From Mobula hypostoma (Eukaryota): DNA of 64,000 bases. The stretch spans positions 40,674,001-40,738,000 of the forward strand of contig NC_086108.1 of the NCBI RefSeq assembly GCF_963921235.1, in the 5' to 3' direction. The notes under the pieces were generated by a model. That model was not told where the DNA came from. It was given only the letters and a program-made list of their open reading frames with translations, and searched no databases. The position numbers and the translations under genes were made by a program. Positions 52,841 through 64,000 of this stretch are shown here, one piece after another. Numbering within the stretch: the stretch's first letter is position 1; each line of letters begins with the position of its first letter.

Positions 52841-53440
52841 CACCTACGCTCTATCTGCCAGAGAAAGCAGGATCTCCCAGTGGCCATACATTTTAATTCC
52901 ACGTCCCATTCCCATTCTGACATGTCTATCCACGGCCTCCTCTACTGTCAAGATGAAGCCACACTCAGGTTGGAGGAACAACACCTCATATTCCGTCTGG
53001 GTAGCCTCCAACCTGATGGCATGAACATTGACTTCTCTAACTTCCGTTAGTGCCCCACCTCCCCTTCGTACCCCATCTGTTATTTATTTATTATTATTAT
53101 ATATTTTTTTCTCTCTCTTTTTCTCCCTCTGTCCCTCTCACTATACTCCTTGCCCATCCTCTGGGATTCCCCCCTCCCCCTTTCTTTCTCCCTAGGCCTC
53201 CCGCCCCATGTTCCTTTCATATCCCTTTTTGCCAATCAGCTGTCCAGCTCTTAGCTTCATCCCTCCCCCTTCTGTCTTCTCCTATCATTTCAGATCTCCG
53301 CTCCTACTCCCACTTTCAAATCTCTTACTATCTCTTCTTTCAGTTAGTCCTGACGAAGGGTCTCGACCCGAAACGTCGACTGTACCTCTTCCTGTAGATG
53401 CTGCCCGGCCTGCTGCGTTCACCAGCAACTTTTATGTGTG
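52841..53440 (+). mobile_element. Recent 5'-truncated Penelope-like retroelement with 11-bp TSD
   Basis: TSD aggctcagtga at 52830-52840 and 53441-53451. 52841-53050 is an uninterrupted frame HLRSICQRKQDLPVAIHFNSTSHSHSDMSIHGLLYCQDEATLRLEEQHLIFRLGSLQPDGMNIDFSNFR* (C-terminus of a PLE GIY-YIG endonuclease). Confidence 0.95.
53346..53381 (+). ncRNA. Minimal type I hammerhead ribozyme in the PLE terminal repeat
   Basis: Stem I agtc/gact, core CUGACGA plus one extra A, stem II GGGU-cucg-ACCC, GAAA, palindromic ACGU stem III, and cleavage triplet GUC (53375-53377). Confidence 0.85.
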
Positions 53441-54499
53441 AGGCTCAGTGATGCCGCCTTTTCCCACTAAGCAATGCAATCCCATTCCCCATTTCTAGAA
53501 AGTGCTTGTAATCCTTCCCTGGGTAAAGTAAGAAAGTGCTAGAGGAAGGAAATGCTGCGTAGGTTTATGTAAATCTCTTGATAACTCTATAACGTATCAT
53601 CAACTTTCAGGTTGCCACGTATACCATTTGTTAACTGAATTAACCAATGAATCCTGAGATGGCACTGCCTGGTCTAAACGTAATACTTTAAGTCAAAATT
53701 TATACTTTTACAAGTTGTTTCTGTTTCAATCATCTTCCCAGTTTGCAGCTCCTTTACGTCCCACCGTTCCTTGTTACCTTTGCTCAGGAGCTTGTCAGGT
53801 TCCTTCTCCCAGAACTGCAGCACATCCATGGTTTCCCCCAGGCCAAAGGGTCTTTAGCCAATCGGTCTAGCGTATTAAGTCACAGATGCAGAGTGGAATG
53901 TCAATTACTGAACACAGGAGATGTTTCCTCAGCTTTCTTTCTCATGGTTTGCTCAGACTGTCCATCTTTCAACAATGTGGCTGATTGTAGACGCAAGGAT
54001 TTTTATAAAGGGACACCACATTTGTGCTGCAAATCAAGTGAAAGTACTGGCTTTGAATAAGACTGCTATCATTAATAAGGAAGCATTCCTATTTTCTTCA
54101 ATTTCCTGGCTTTCTCTCTTCCTTCCCTTGAAACCTGTTCTGTCCTTATCATCTACTCTGTAAAAGCTGGAAACCCCCTTATATCTCATCCAAACATAAG
54201 TTTTTAATGTGGAGTCTGAGAGTATCAGCAGACTTTTCTGCTGTTGGAGCAAGCTGGTCACCTGCTGGGACTCATCCGCATATTCAGAACAACGTTGGAA
54301 GATGCATCTGCACCCACAACTATTGCAGAATGTTCCCATTGGAAGATTTCAGAAAGGAATCTGGAAAGTATTTGAATAACATTGCAAGGTGTTTGGCAAA
54401 AACTGAGAATTGAGCTAACCAGATTAGTCTTGGAACCTGTTGGTAATGAGTCATTGAGCTGAGGAGCTTCCTTCTGTACAACTGTGACTCCTGGATTCA

Positions 54500-55270
54500 C
54501 TAACCAGACTGATACCAGGAATAGATAAGTGGTTACATGAGGAAAGGTTGAATAAACAAGACCTTTATTGACTGGAATTTAGGCAAGCAAGAGATGACTT
54601 GAAGGAATCAGAGGGGAATTTGCCAGGTGGGTGTGGAAATGATGTTTCCTTGTGATAGAATTGTGAACTGTTGCTCACAGTTTAAAATTAGGAGCTCACC
54701 CACTTAAGTCAGAGATAAAGTGAAATTTTAAATCTCAGAGGGATGTTAGTCATTAGAAGTTCAAAGTTCAAAATATGTATAAATTATACAATCTCCTTAC
54801 GGGTAGCCACAGAAAAGAAGCCCGAGCAGGTTTGAAGATATAGGTGGGAATAAGGAATTGAGAATGTTGGCGCATGGCCAAGTGGTTAAGGCATTCGTCT
54901 AGTGATTTGAAGGTCACTAGTTCGAGCTGTGGCTGAGGCAGCGTGTGTGTCCTTGAACAGGGCACTTAACCACACATTGCTCTGCGATGACACCGGTGCC
55001 AAGCTGATTGGGTCCTAATGCCCTTCCCTTGGACAACATCGATGTCGTGGAGAGGGGAGACTTGCAGCATGGGAAACTGCTGGTCTTCCATACAACCTTG
55101 CCTAGGCCTGCGTCCTGGAAACCTTCCAAGGTGCAAATCCGTGGTCTCATGAGACTAACGGATGCCTATATAAATGGAATTGAGGTTACAATCATATCAG
55201 CCATGAACTTTTCGAATGGCAGAGCTGCTTGAGGGGCCAAGTGGTCGAGCCCTGCTCCTAATTTGCATAC
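54500..55270 (+). mobile_element. Decayed CR1 3' end interrupted by younger insertions
   Basis: CR1 motifs (tacatgaggaaaggttg, tcagccatga...gaatggcagagc...cctgctcctaattt) on both sides of the SINE at 54869. Confidence 0.7.
54869..55172 (+). mobile_element. Near-full-length tRNA-derived SINE
   Basis: A box tggccaagtgg (54875-54885), B box gttcgagc (~54920), body gtgtccttgaacagggcacttaacc and tail gagactaacggatgcctatata. Confidence 0.85.
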
Positions 55271-56389
55271 GTGAATACTCTCATGACATATCTAATGGAA
55301 ACCTTCCACACAAGCATGTTAGTCCGTAGTCACAACTTTCTCTCAGTAAGTAATCATATTTGTACCAATATGATAGTTTGTATATAAGGTTCCCCTTTGT
55401 TTAGTTCCTCATGTGATGCAGAGCCAACATTTATCCTACAATTCTGTGATTCTATGTAAAACATTAAGTGCCTTTAAAGAAGGCTATTTTCCTAGATGTT
55501 CTCCAAGAACAAAGTTTGCACTGACTAACTACAAGAAGCTGGTGGGGAAGCCAATTGTAGTCTCTCAGCAAGAAAACATCATAGTAGAGATTTCATTTGA
55601 AAAGTAGCACTCAATACAATTTGTAACAACCTGGGATCATGTAAGTCCTGCAAGTGCAGGACCATCAGTTAATTAGAAGGAGAAGTGGGGTCTGTAACTA
55701 GAAAGCCTGGTCTATAGATTGAGTGCTGCATTAACACTCTGTAGCAACTGTTAATACCTCCTGCAATATGCCACATTGCAAGAAGCATATTTTATGTATT
55801 TTCAATATATGGTATCTGATGCTTTTAACTAATCTGCACCACAGGTGTGTGGAGAGAACTTGAGCAATGCAGGAAGAACTAAGTTGCAGCTGTATGTGAG
55901 AATCTGATAAGGAAGAAATAGACCTCACACATAGTCACAGATCTATTCAAAATTATTCCATTACAACAAACCCCATGTAGTCGACTTTTGTGCTGTTACG
56001 CTGTTTTATTGTGCAGAGGAAAAATTGAAGAGCTGTTCTGCAGTCACCACAATATTTTTATAGCTTAATCTATTCTTCAATGATGGTGCAGAACAACATA
56101 CAGCCCTCTCGGAAATATATTTCCAGTGCCATGCAACAAGGCCTGTCGAAACTGAGGGTAGTATTCAGCACAGGTGCAAGTTGAAAATGGGAGATAATTG
56201 GATCATGTAACAGCGTATGCGCACGTACTTGAAGAATTACCCTAACTTCATATCACAAGTTCATAGGACCATGTCTACAACCTAAACTACTGATGTTGAT
56301 GGGAATGTGCAGAATATTGTAGATTACATGGAAAATTAGTGTGGAAATGGATTGCACTGCCTTCCAGCACAGACATGAATTCCTTCTAT

Positions 56390-56860
56390 GTTTAGAATTG
56401 GAATTATTATTATTATTATTGGAATAATTGTTTATTATTGTTACATGTATAGAGATACAGTGAAAAGCTTGTCTTGAGTATTATTCATGCATACAAATTC
56501 ATTACACAGTGCATTGAGGTAGTGCAAAGTAAAACAGTAGCAGAATTCAGAATAAAGTTTAGCAGCTACTGAGAAATGCAATGCTGGTAGACAATAAAGG
56601 TCCAGAATCATAATGAGGTTGATTGTGAGTCAAGAGTCCATCTTGTCATACTGGGGAACTCTTCAATAGTCTTATAATAGTGATGTAGAAACTGTCCTTG
56701 ATTCTTGTGATAGATGTTTTCAGACTTTTGTATTTTCTGCCTGTTTGGAGGGGGTAGAAGAGACAGTGTCAGGGGATGGTTGGGGTGTTTGATTATGCTG
56801 GCTACTTTACTGAGACAGTGAGAAGTATAGTCACTGGAAGGTATAATGGTTTGTGTGATG
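56390..56860 (-). mobile_element. Rex1/Babar-type LINE 3' end
   Basis: Minus-strand peptide YTSHCLSKVASIIKHPNHP, with an (aat)n/aataaac tail at the left. Confidence 0.8.
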
Positions 56861-57545
56861 TGTAGGAGAATAAGGATTAATAGAAATGTGTAGAAGGATA
56901 CAGTTGTTCTTGTACATGATTTGCAAAAGGCAAACATGCAAGTTCAGCAATTAATTAGAAAAGCCAACAGACTGTTATTGTTCATTGCAAGAGGAATTAA
57001 ATACTAAAAATAGAGGGGTTATGCTTCATTTATATTATACATTGGTAAGACCACATCTGGAATACTATGTACAGTATTAGTTTCCTCATTCAAGGAAGGG
57101 TGTTGGAAGCAGTTGCGAGAAACTTGACTACAAATATATCTGGAATGGCGAGTTTGTCTTATCAGGAAAGATTGGACAGACTAGGCTTATGTCCTGGAGT
57201 TTCGAAGAATCAGAAGTGACTTGAATGAAAATTTTAAAATTTTGAGGCGTCTTGGCAGGATGGATATGGAACAGATGATTCCTCTTGGAGAGTATTCAAG
57301 AACTGGGAGTCGCTTTATAAATAAGGGTTTACCCATTGAAGACAGAGACAAGAGCATTTTTTCTTAAACTGTGGTAGGAACTGAGTATTCTTAAGGGAGA
57401 GGTAGACAGATTCTTGATAAACTAGGGGATAAAATGTTACAAGTATAGATGCAAATGTGGAATTGAGATTACAGACAACCACGACCTTGCTCCATGGTGG
57501 AACAGGCTTCTGGCCCACTACTGCATTCAATTTGTGTATCTATAC
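56860..57545 (+). mobile_element. CR1 LINE 3' fragment
   Basis: Decayed QVQQ.IRKAN..L.FIARG / TLVRPHLEY.VQ motifs and a CR1-type end. Confidence 0.85.
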
Positions 57546-60162
57546 ATTGATTCTTGACTAGGTATGGCAAGATAAGAAAACTTTAATCAAATGTGTATTG
57601 GATGCTTTCTTTACAGTTTAGCACACAGCCCATATTGGCATTGCACCTATGAGGCACCTTGCATGCTCTTTGACATTGCTAATTGAACTTGGGCTAGCTA
57701 CTGACTTGGGAATATTGGTGGAATGGGAAGCTGCTAATAGACTAGAATTCTATTAATAGTGGTGAATGACAGTGCCTCGTGGATGCTTGGTTTTGGGCTG
57801 TTAGATTCCGGACATTCCAAAGGAGCCACAGGACTTGATGGACAGTTCCCCAACGTGAAGTTGGAAGTTTGTCTCCACAGAAGTTTGTTCACTTCTTCCA
57901 GCACTGGCATGGAAGGATGTATCTTCAACAGAGAAGTTGTTAAGAAACAGTTCACATTGAATTTTGAAAATTATCACCCAGTATTCCTCCTGAGCCCTTG
58001 GCATTTCTTCCAATTTGTATTCAAGATATATTGGTGCTGAATGATCAGTTATGAGTCAGCAAATTGGTGGAGATTAACAAAATTCCTTATACTGTATTTG
58101 TCTGACAAAATTTTTTGATATTGCTTGGGGTTCAAAGTCAAGGTTGACCATTCCTGGAGCCATTGCCCCCCGAGAGAACATCACAGTGTTGGTAGGATTG
58201 ATGAAGCAGGGATGATTAAGTACAATTCTGGGACAGTGTCTGTCACATATATTTCATGAAATGCTCCCTGAAGCAAGCTAGGGCAATGATCTGGTCTGGT
58301 TTAATTTATACAGCCAGACATGATTTTATCTTAAGTATAAATACTCTAAAGGAGTGCCTGGCCCACCATCTGAGAAACTCAATTAGAATTTACAAAAACT
58401 GGCTTGTAACAACTGTACTGCATTCGCTAATGATTTCATTGATATATAGTAGTTATTATCTCTGGAAATAAAATTTAATGTGGGTCTTTATTCATTAAGT
58501 CCCACCAGATTAATTTGAAGAGCAGATGGATGTAAACTCACTTTCTTTTTTTCTTGGTATGGCCTATTGAATGGCTGCTTCCCATTGTTTGTTAAGTTTG
58601 TGCCCAAAATAGCAGAGCGATTACTTAAATTGACATAAAAATGACAAGATTTTCACCTTCCTTTGTCAATTTCATACATATTGGTCTATTAAGGCCTCTG
58701 GAACTTCTAGGTCAGGACTGACAATGCAATCCTCAATGAGAAAGGTATGAAAGCTTAAGGATTCCATGTGTAGTGAGCAAATACATATTTTGATAGCACA
58801 TTTTACCCACAGTGCAAATCACAATTTTGGGAGAAAGTTGTCTGTCATTTTCCAATAATTAAAATGAATGGGTCACGAACAGTCAAAATTCATGGGCATT
58901 TTGAGGTAGCAGAAAAGGTCCATGACATTATCTCAGAGCTTTCATGTATTGTGAATCTAATCTTCATACAGAGCCAAAAGGAAAAAAATCAAATTTTAAA
59001 TATTCATATGATTGGATATTTTGAACTTAATAACACTATTTGATTTTCAGATCATGATCTCGTGGGCATAGGTACTTCATCATTTTCTAAAGGTCTTAAC
59101 TGTACCATTCAGGATAGGATTATAAAAAGGTGTAGGCTACATTTAACATGTTATTAATAACCCATTATCCACAGTTCAGTGAGAACCTGCTCTCCAACTC
59201 AGTGAATAAAGGCAGAAAAAGGTGTGAAGAGCATGAGGGAGGGGGTGGCTGTGATGTGTGATAAACAGTATGTGCTGTATGTAATTGACAATGTGATTAA
59301 CTGTCTAGTGTGTTGTCTACATTGTACTAATACTGAAAGGGAATATCCTAACCCATGGAAAATGAAAGCAAGCAGGGAGTTAATTAAATAGTAGACTCAA
59401 AATTAGTCAAAGCAGAAAACCTATTATGCAGTGGAATGGATCAGTGGCAAGTTACTGATTTGTAGACCCATGAGAAAGACCCTAAGCCAACCATCACAAT
59501 AGAAACTACAGATGTTCATGTGCACAGGTGCAAGCAAGTTGGAGAAGAGCTTCAAAAAGATAATTTTTTTAAATATATCAAAGCACATTGAACATTCTGA
59601 TACTGGAATACACTGATACAAACTGGGACTTTGCTCATGAGTTTTGCTCTCAGTGACAATATTCATATTTCCACCAATTTAAACTTGGTTGAGCATTTCA
59701 AACTCTATTCCATCAAATGCTGCCACTTTGGGTTAATTATATACTATTAATAAATCAGAATAATGTTCAGTAAATTAAATGCATCTCAATTCACTCCAAT
59801 GGTGATACAATATTGTGCAGATGTGGGAAGGATGTCTCTTAGTCTCACATATCCAGTGAAAAGCCTTTAAATTAACATCCAGGCTAAAATGCAAGGAATT
59901 TGCAAACTGCAGGACTCCAGAAAGCATTAGGAGGGTCAGTGAATAAGGGATCTTCTGTTCTACTGATTATCACTAAAGAAAAACTATTATCCAGGATATG
60001 AGTGAAATTTCCCTGGCTCTGTTATAAATGTCTATTTGGGTAAGGCAGACAAGCCTCTGCTTAACACTCCAACAGAGATGGTAAGTGGGACAGTGCAGAA
60101 AATTGTTCATCTGAATTATGGCCCCAATTGCCTGAAACTTGAAACCACAACTTTCAAAAGAA

Positions 60163-60492
60163 AAGATTAAAGATTGTCTTTATTTGTCACATGTACATTG
60201 AAACATCAAAACATACAATGAAATGCATTGTTTGCGTCAACGACCAACACAATCCGAGGACATGCTGGGGCCAGCCTGCAAGTGTTGCCATGCTTCTGAC
60301 GGCAACAAAGCACACCAACAACTTACTTACCCTAACTTGTACTTCTTTTTGGAATGTGGGAGGAAACTGGAGTGTCAGGATGAAACCCATATAGTCATAA
60401 GGAGAATGTACAATCTCCCCACAGACAGAGGTGGGAATTGAAATCTGATCTGATGCTGTAAATTTTTACACTGCTCTGCTATCGTACCACAC
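60163..60492 (-). mobile_element. V-domain SINE with a non-CR1 (Rex1-like) 3' tail
   Basis: Antisense V core tttggaatgtgggaggaaactggag...ggagaatgtacaatctcc. Minus-strand tail tgtacatgtgacaaataaagacaatctttaatcttt. Confidence 0.75.
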
Positions 60493-60941
60493 TTTATAAA
60501 TGAGGAGTACATCAGTTGGAGCACATGAGAATTTGGAGCACTAGTTGACTCATTCGCAATGATGTACCGTGGATGAATTTCTCTATCAACCCCACTCGCC
60601 TTTTGCAGCAACACACTACTGTGTTCCAACATTCCCAATACTCACTTGATTTCCTTAGTGTCTGAAAGCTCACAATGTTGCTTTTGGACTTAGTCATCAT
60701 CTGAAATCACTAAACCGCATCTAACATCGAAGCTAAAGGAAAGGCGAAAACAGGTGAACTTTTTGGAGTGATCTATTCCAATGGAGCCCCTGAAGCAGGA
60801 ATATTAATCCAAATATTCCGGTGCACAAGCTCCTTTCCTGCAGCAGTAAATTGCCACAGAATTTGTTGTGTGCCTTGTTAGAAGTTGTACGTCTTCACAA
60901 GTGTTTTCTTCAACTATGGTTGCCTTTGCAACACCAGTAAT

Positions 60942-61400
60942 AAAGTCCAAGTTCAAGTTTATTGTCATCTGACTGTACATATGAAATAATGTTCTTCCAG
61001 ACTACGGTATACCCACAGAACATACTGTATATCACACACAGCATATAAACCAAAATATTATTCAATAAATAATTTAATAAAATATAATTCAAAATGCATG
61101 TAGTAAAGTGAAGATGATCGTCTCGGCAGTTTTTACTGTCCTCTGTAGGGTCTTGTGGTCCAATGCCTTGCAGTTTCTGTTCCACCTAACGAAGCTGCCA
61201 GACAGGACACTCTCGATGGTGCTCCTGTGGAAAGTTGTTAGAATGGAGGCAGGGAGACTTGCATGCCTCCACCGCCTCTGAAAGTGGAGACACTGCTGTG
61301 CCTTCTTGACTAGTGAGGAGGTGTTGATGGTCCGGGTTAGATCGTCCATTTTGTGCACACCAAGGAACTTCGTGCTCTTCACTCTCTCCCTGGCAGAGCC
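60942..61400 (-). mobile_element. Rex1/Babar-type LINE 3' fragment
   Basis: ORF 61089-61382: KFLGVH..DDLT..INTSSLVKKAQQCLHF...ILTTFHRSTIESVLSG...LQRTVKTAE. Tail repeat aagttcaagtttattgtcat. Confidence 0.9.
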
Positions 61401-61999
61401 AGTGTATAAAACACATAAGGCAAGCCAGTGGATCCCGAATGGTAAACTTAGGAGTCAATGACAAGATCAGAGGCAGCACTATGATGGATACGCACTGTGA
61501 AACCCACACTGAGGGGAGGGGGTTGCAGGCACACATTTTCAGAGAAGCTTATCTGCAGGAGAATGGTTGTGCTGGATTCCTTGGTCTGGTTGTTTCTTCT
61601 CAAGGTATCCCTTCTGAGGTCTTGCTTCTGTAATAATGGCCTATGCCAGTCCCCAGTCAGGTCATGCAATGTACAAGTGTTTGTAATTTGTGCAAATGAC
61701 ATCAAAGATATACAGAACTTCGCATGCGATTTGCTAACACTGTACATGTCCCAATGCTTCTGTTTGGAAGCGGAGAACACAGAACTAGTTGAGAAGCCTC
61801 AGCAGGGTGACACTGAGCAATCCAGTTTATGGGCGCATACCTTTGCGCAGCACACCAAAACCTTGACCCTCCATCAAAGCACTTCTAAGTCTCTGTACTT
61901 CTGTGGAACAATTTGGAGAGCAAATTCATCCCCTGAGGTATTAATGAAGTCTGTGATAAGAGCAGATTTCTTTAAAATCACTCAATATTTTTCAGGGTT

Positions 62000-64000
62000 T
62001 GTATCTAACCAGTAAGCCCGGAGAGGGAGGTGGTAAGCAGCAGCAACTCTTGAAACGGATGGTGCTGCCACTGACAGCTCCAGGTTTCAGATCGGGTGTG
62101 CGTAGCGTGCTACTTGGAGGGATTCTGCAGGTGGTGGTGGTGGTATTCCCTCTGCCCCGTCCTCCCCAACCATTGCCTTACATATTTTTGGTGCTGCAGG
62201 TCATGGGTTTGGTTGGTGCTGGCATAGATGCAACACGTTTTGCAAATGTCACGCATGACAGCCACTGTGTGCCGTTGCCTAAGGGCATTAAATTTAAGAC
62301 AAGTGGATGGGCTGCTTTGCTTTTTCAGAACTATTGGAGCTGCCCTCCTCCTGTTACATGGACAACATCCAGTCATGCTCCTCACTTGCAGGATTTGGAA
62401 TGGCTCTGGTGTAACAGCAGGTGAGTCATTTGCAGCTGGATATCCAGTCTCTGGCCTACATCTGCGGCCATAGTATTTGTGTCATGAGTTCATCTTAGTT
62501 TCAAAGTCAAAGACAAATTTTTACTGAAGTATGTATATGTAACCATATACTACCTTGAAATTCATTTCCTTGCAGGAATTTACAGAAAAAATAAAGAAAT
62601 GCAATAGAAGTTATGAAAAACTATACATAAACAAAGACTGACAAATAACCAATGTGCAAAAGGCAAATTGTGTAAATAAAAAGAAACTCTAAGAACATGA
62701 GTTCTAAAGAGTCCTTGCAAGTGTTTCAGTATCTTATAGAATCAGTTCAGAGCTGTGGTGAGTGAAGTTATCCACGCTGGTTCAGGACCCTGATGCTCGT
62801 ATGGTAATAACTGGTTCTGAACTGAGTGGTTTGGGACTTAAGGCTTCTGTCCCTTCGGCCTGAACGTAGTAATGAGAAGAGGGCACGGCGTGGATGGTGG
62901 GGTCCTTGGTGATGGATGATCCTTTCTCGTGGCAGCACTCTATGCAGATGTGCTTGAAGGTGGGAAGGGCTTTGCCTGTGATGGGATGGGCTGCATCAAC
63001 CATGCTCTGTAGACTTTTCCTTTCCTGGGCGTTGGTGTTTCCATACCAGGCCCTGAGGCAACCAGTTAGGATACTCTCCACAATGAAGCTTGTCAAAATA
63101 TTTGGTCACATGCCAAATCTGTGCAAATTTCTAAGAAGGTGGAAGTGCTGTTGTGTTTTCTTTGTGCTGGTCCTCCTCCAGTTTTGATGGTTCAGTTCCC
63201 TCCAGTGTTGGATGGCTTCCCAAACAGTGGTTTCCCCCTGGGGTGGGAATGGATCTCCTGAGAAATTTAAAGTTACTGCTTCTCTCCACCTCCATTCCTT
63301 TTTCTCTTGTATTGGATACTCAGCTCTTTGGTTTGCCTGATGTTCAGCGAGAAGCTGTTGTTGTGGCACCATTTTCAACAACCAGATTTTCAATCTCCCT
63401 TCTACATGCTGATTTGTCAGCACCTTTGCTTCAGCCTACAACAGTGGTGTCATCAGCAAATTTAAATAAAACATTGAAGCTCTACTTAGCCACAACCTTA
63501 AGTATAAGCGAGTAAAGTGTGTGTGGAGGGGGCGGGGCGGTCGGTGCACCTGTGCTGATGGTGATTGTGGAGGTGTTGCTGCCAATTTGAACTGACTGGT
63601 GTCTGCATGTGAGAAAACTCAGGATCCAGTTGCACAGGGAGTTATTGAGACCAAGGTCTTGGAGCTAATTGATTAATTTCAAAGGGATGATTGTGTTGAA
63701 TGCTGAGCTGTAGTCAATGAAGAACATTCTGGCGTGTGCATCTTCATTGTCCAGGTATTTCTAGTCAGTGTACACCCCCAGGATTTGCTGGCTGAGGACT
63801 GGCAACATAATGTCATTGAATTTTAAGGGTAGGTGGTCAGAATCTGTCTTATTGGAAATGGCTGCGGTCTGACCTTTTTTTGGTTCAATTGATGCTTGCC
63901 ACTTAGAAGCCTATGCTTTAATGCTGTCTAGGTCTTGTTCTATGTAAGCATGATCTGTTTCACTTACTGAGAAGCACAGAATGGAAATGAACATAGTGGC
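62000..64000 (-). mobile_element. Old CR1/L2-group LINE split by a Rex1 insertion (parts ~62000-62502 and ~63758-64000)
   Basis: The antisense LINE text appears continuous across the insert (...ccatagtatttgtg...agtttc | tagtcagtgtacacccccagga...). Confidence 0.6.
62503..63757 (-). mobile_element. Rex1/Babar-type LINE fragment including the RT active-site motif
   Basis: Minus strand LFKFADDTTVVG at ~63433-63468 and VESILTGCLRAWYGNTNAQERKSLQ at ~63.0 kb. Confidence 0.92.

Noticed and set aside
54869..54940. tRNA gene
   Set aside because: A and B boxes are present, but there is no full cloverleaf and the sequence continues into a SINE body and tail.
61497..62424. 172-aa and 141-aa ORFs
   Set aside because: They lie among or overlap decayed LINE sequence and show no protein-family features.

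Overview
Vertebrate non-coding DNA, most likely from a cartilaginous fish (probably a ray). The inference comes from its repeats: Penelope-like termini, V-domain/HE1-type SINEs, Deu-domain SINEs, and CR1, L2 and Rex1/Babar LINEs. I recognise no host protein-coding exon. Every ORF-track entry I can identify is a decayed transposon fragment; the rest look like chance ORFs. A CpG-enriched block at ~36.9-40.9 kb looks like a multi-promoter region of an unidentified minus-strand gene or lncRNA, with candidate non-coding first exons and a candidate downstream exon at 26,686-26,771. The best-supported points of interest are: (i) a TSD-flanked Penelope-like insertion with an intact minimal hammerhead ribozyme (53,346-53,381); (ii) a family of short palindromic Penelope-derived elements, one with its own TSD; (iii) several nested transposon stacks; (iv) a composite Tc1-type MITE whose ends are themselves hairpins. 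Family names come from motif recognition, not database searches, and the boundaries of old repeats are approximate.
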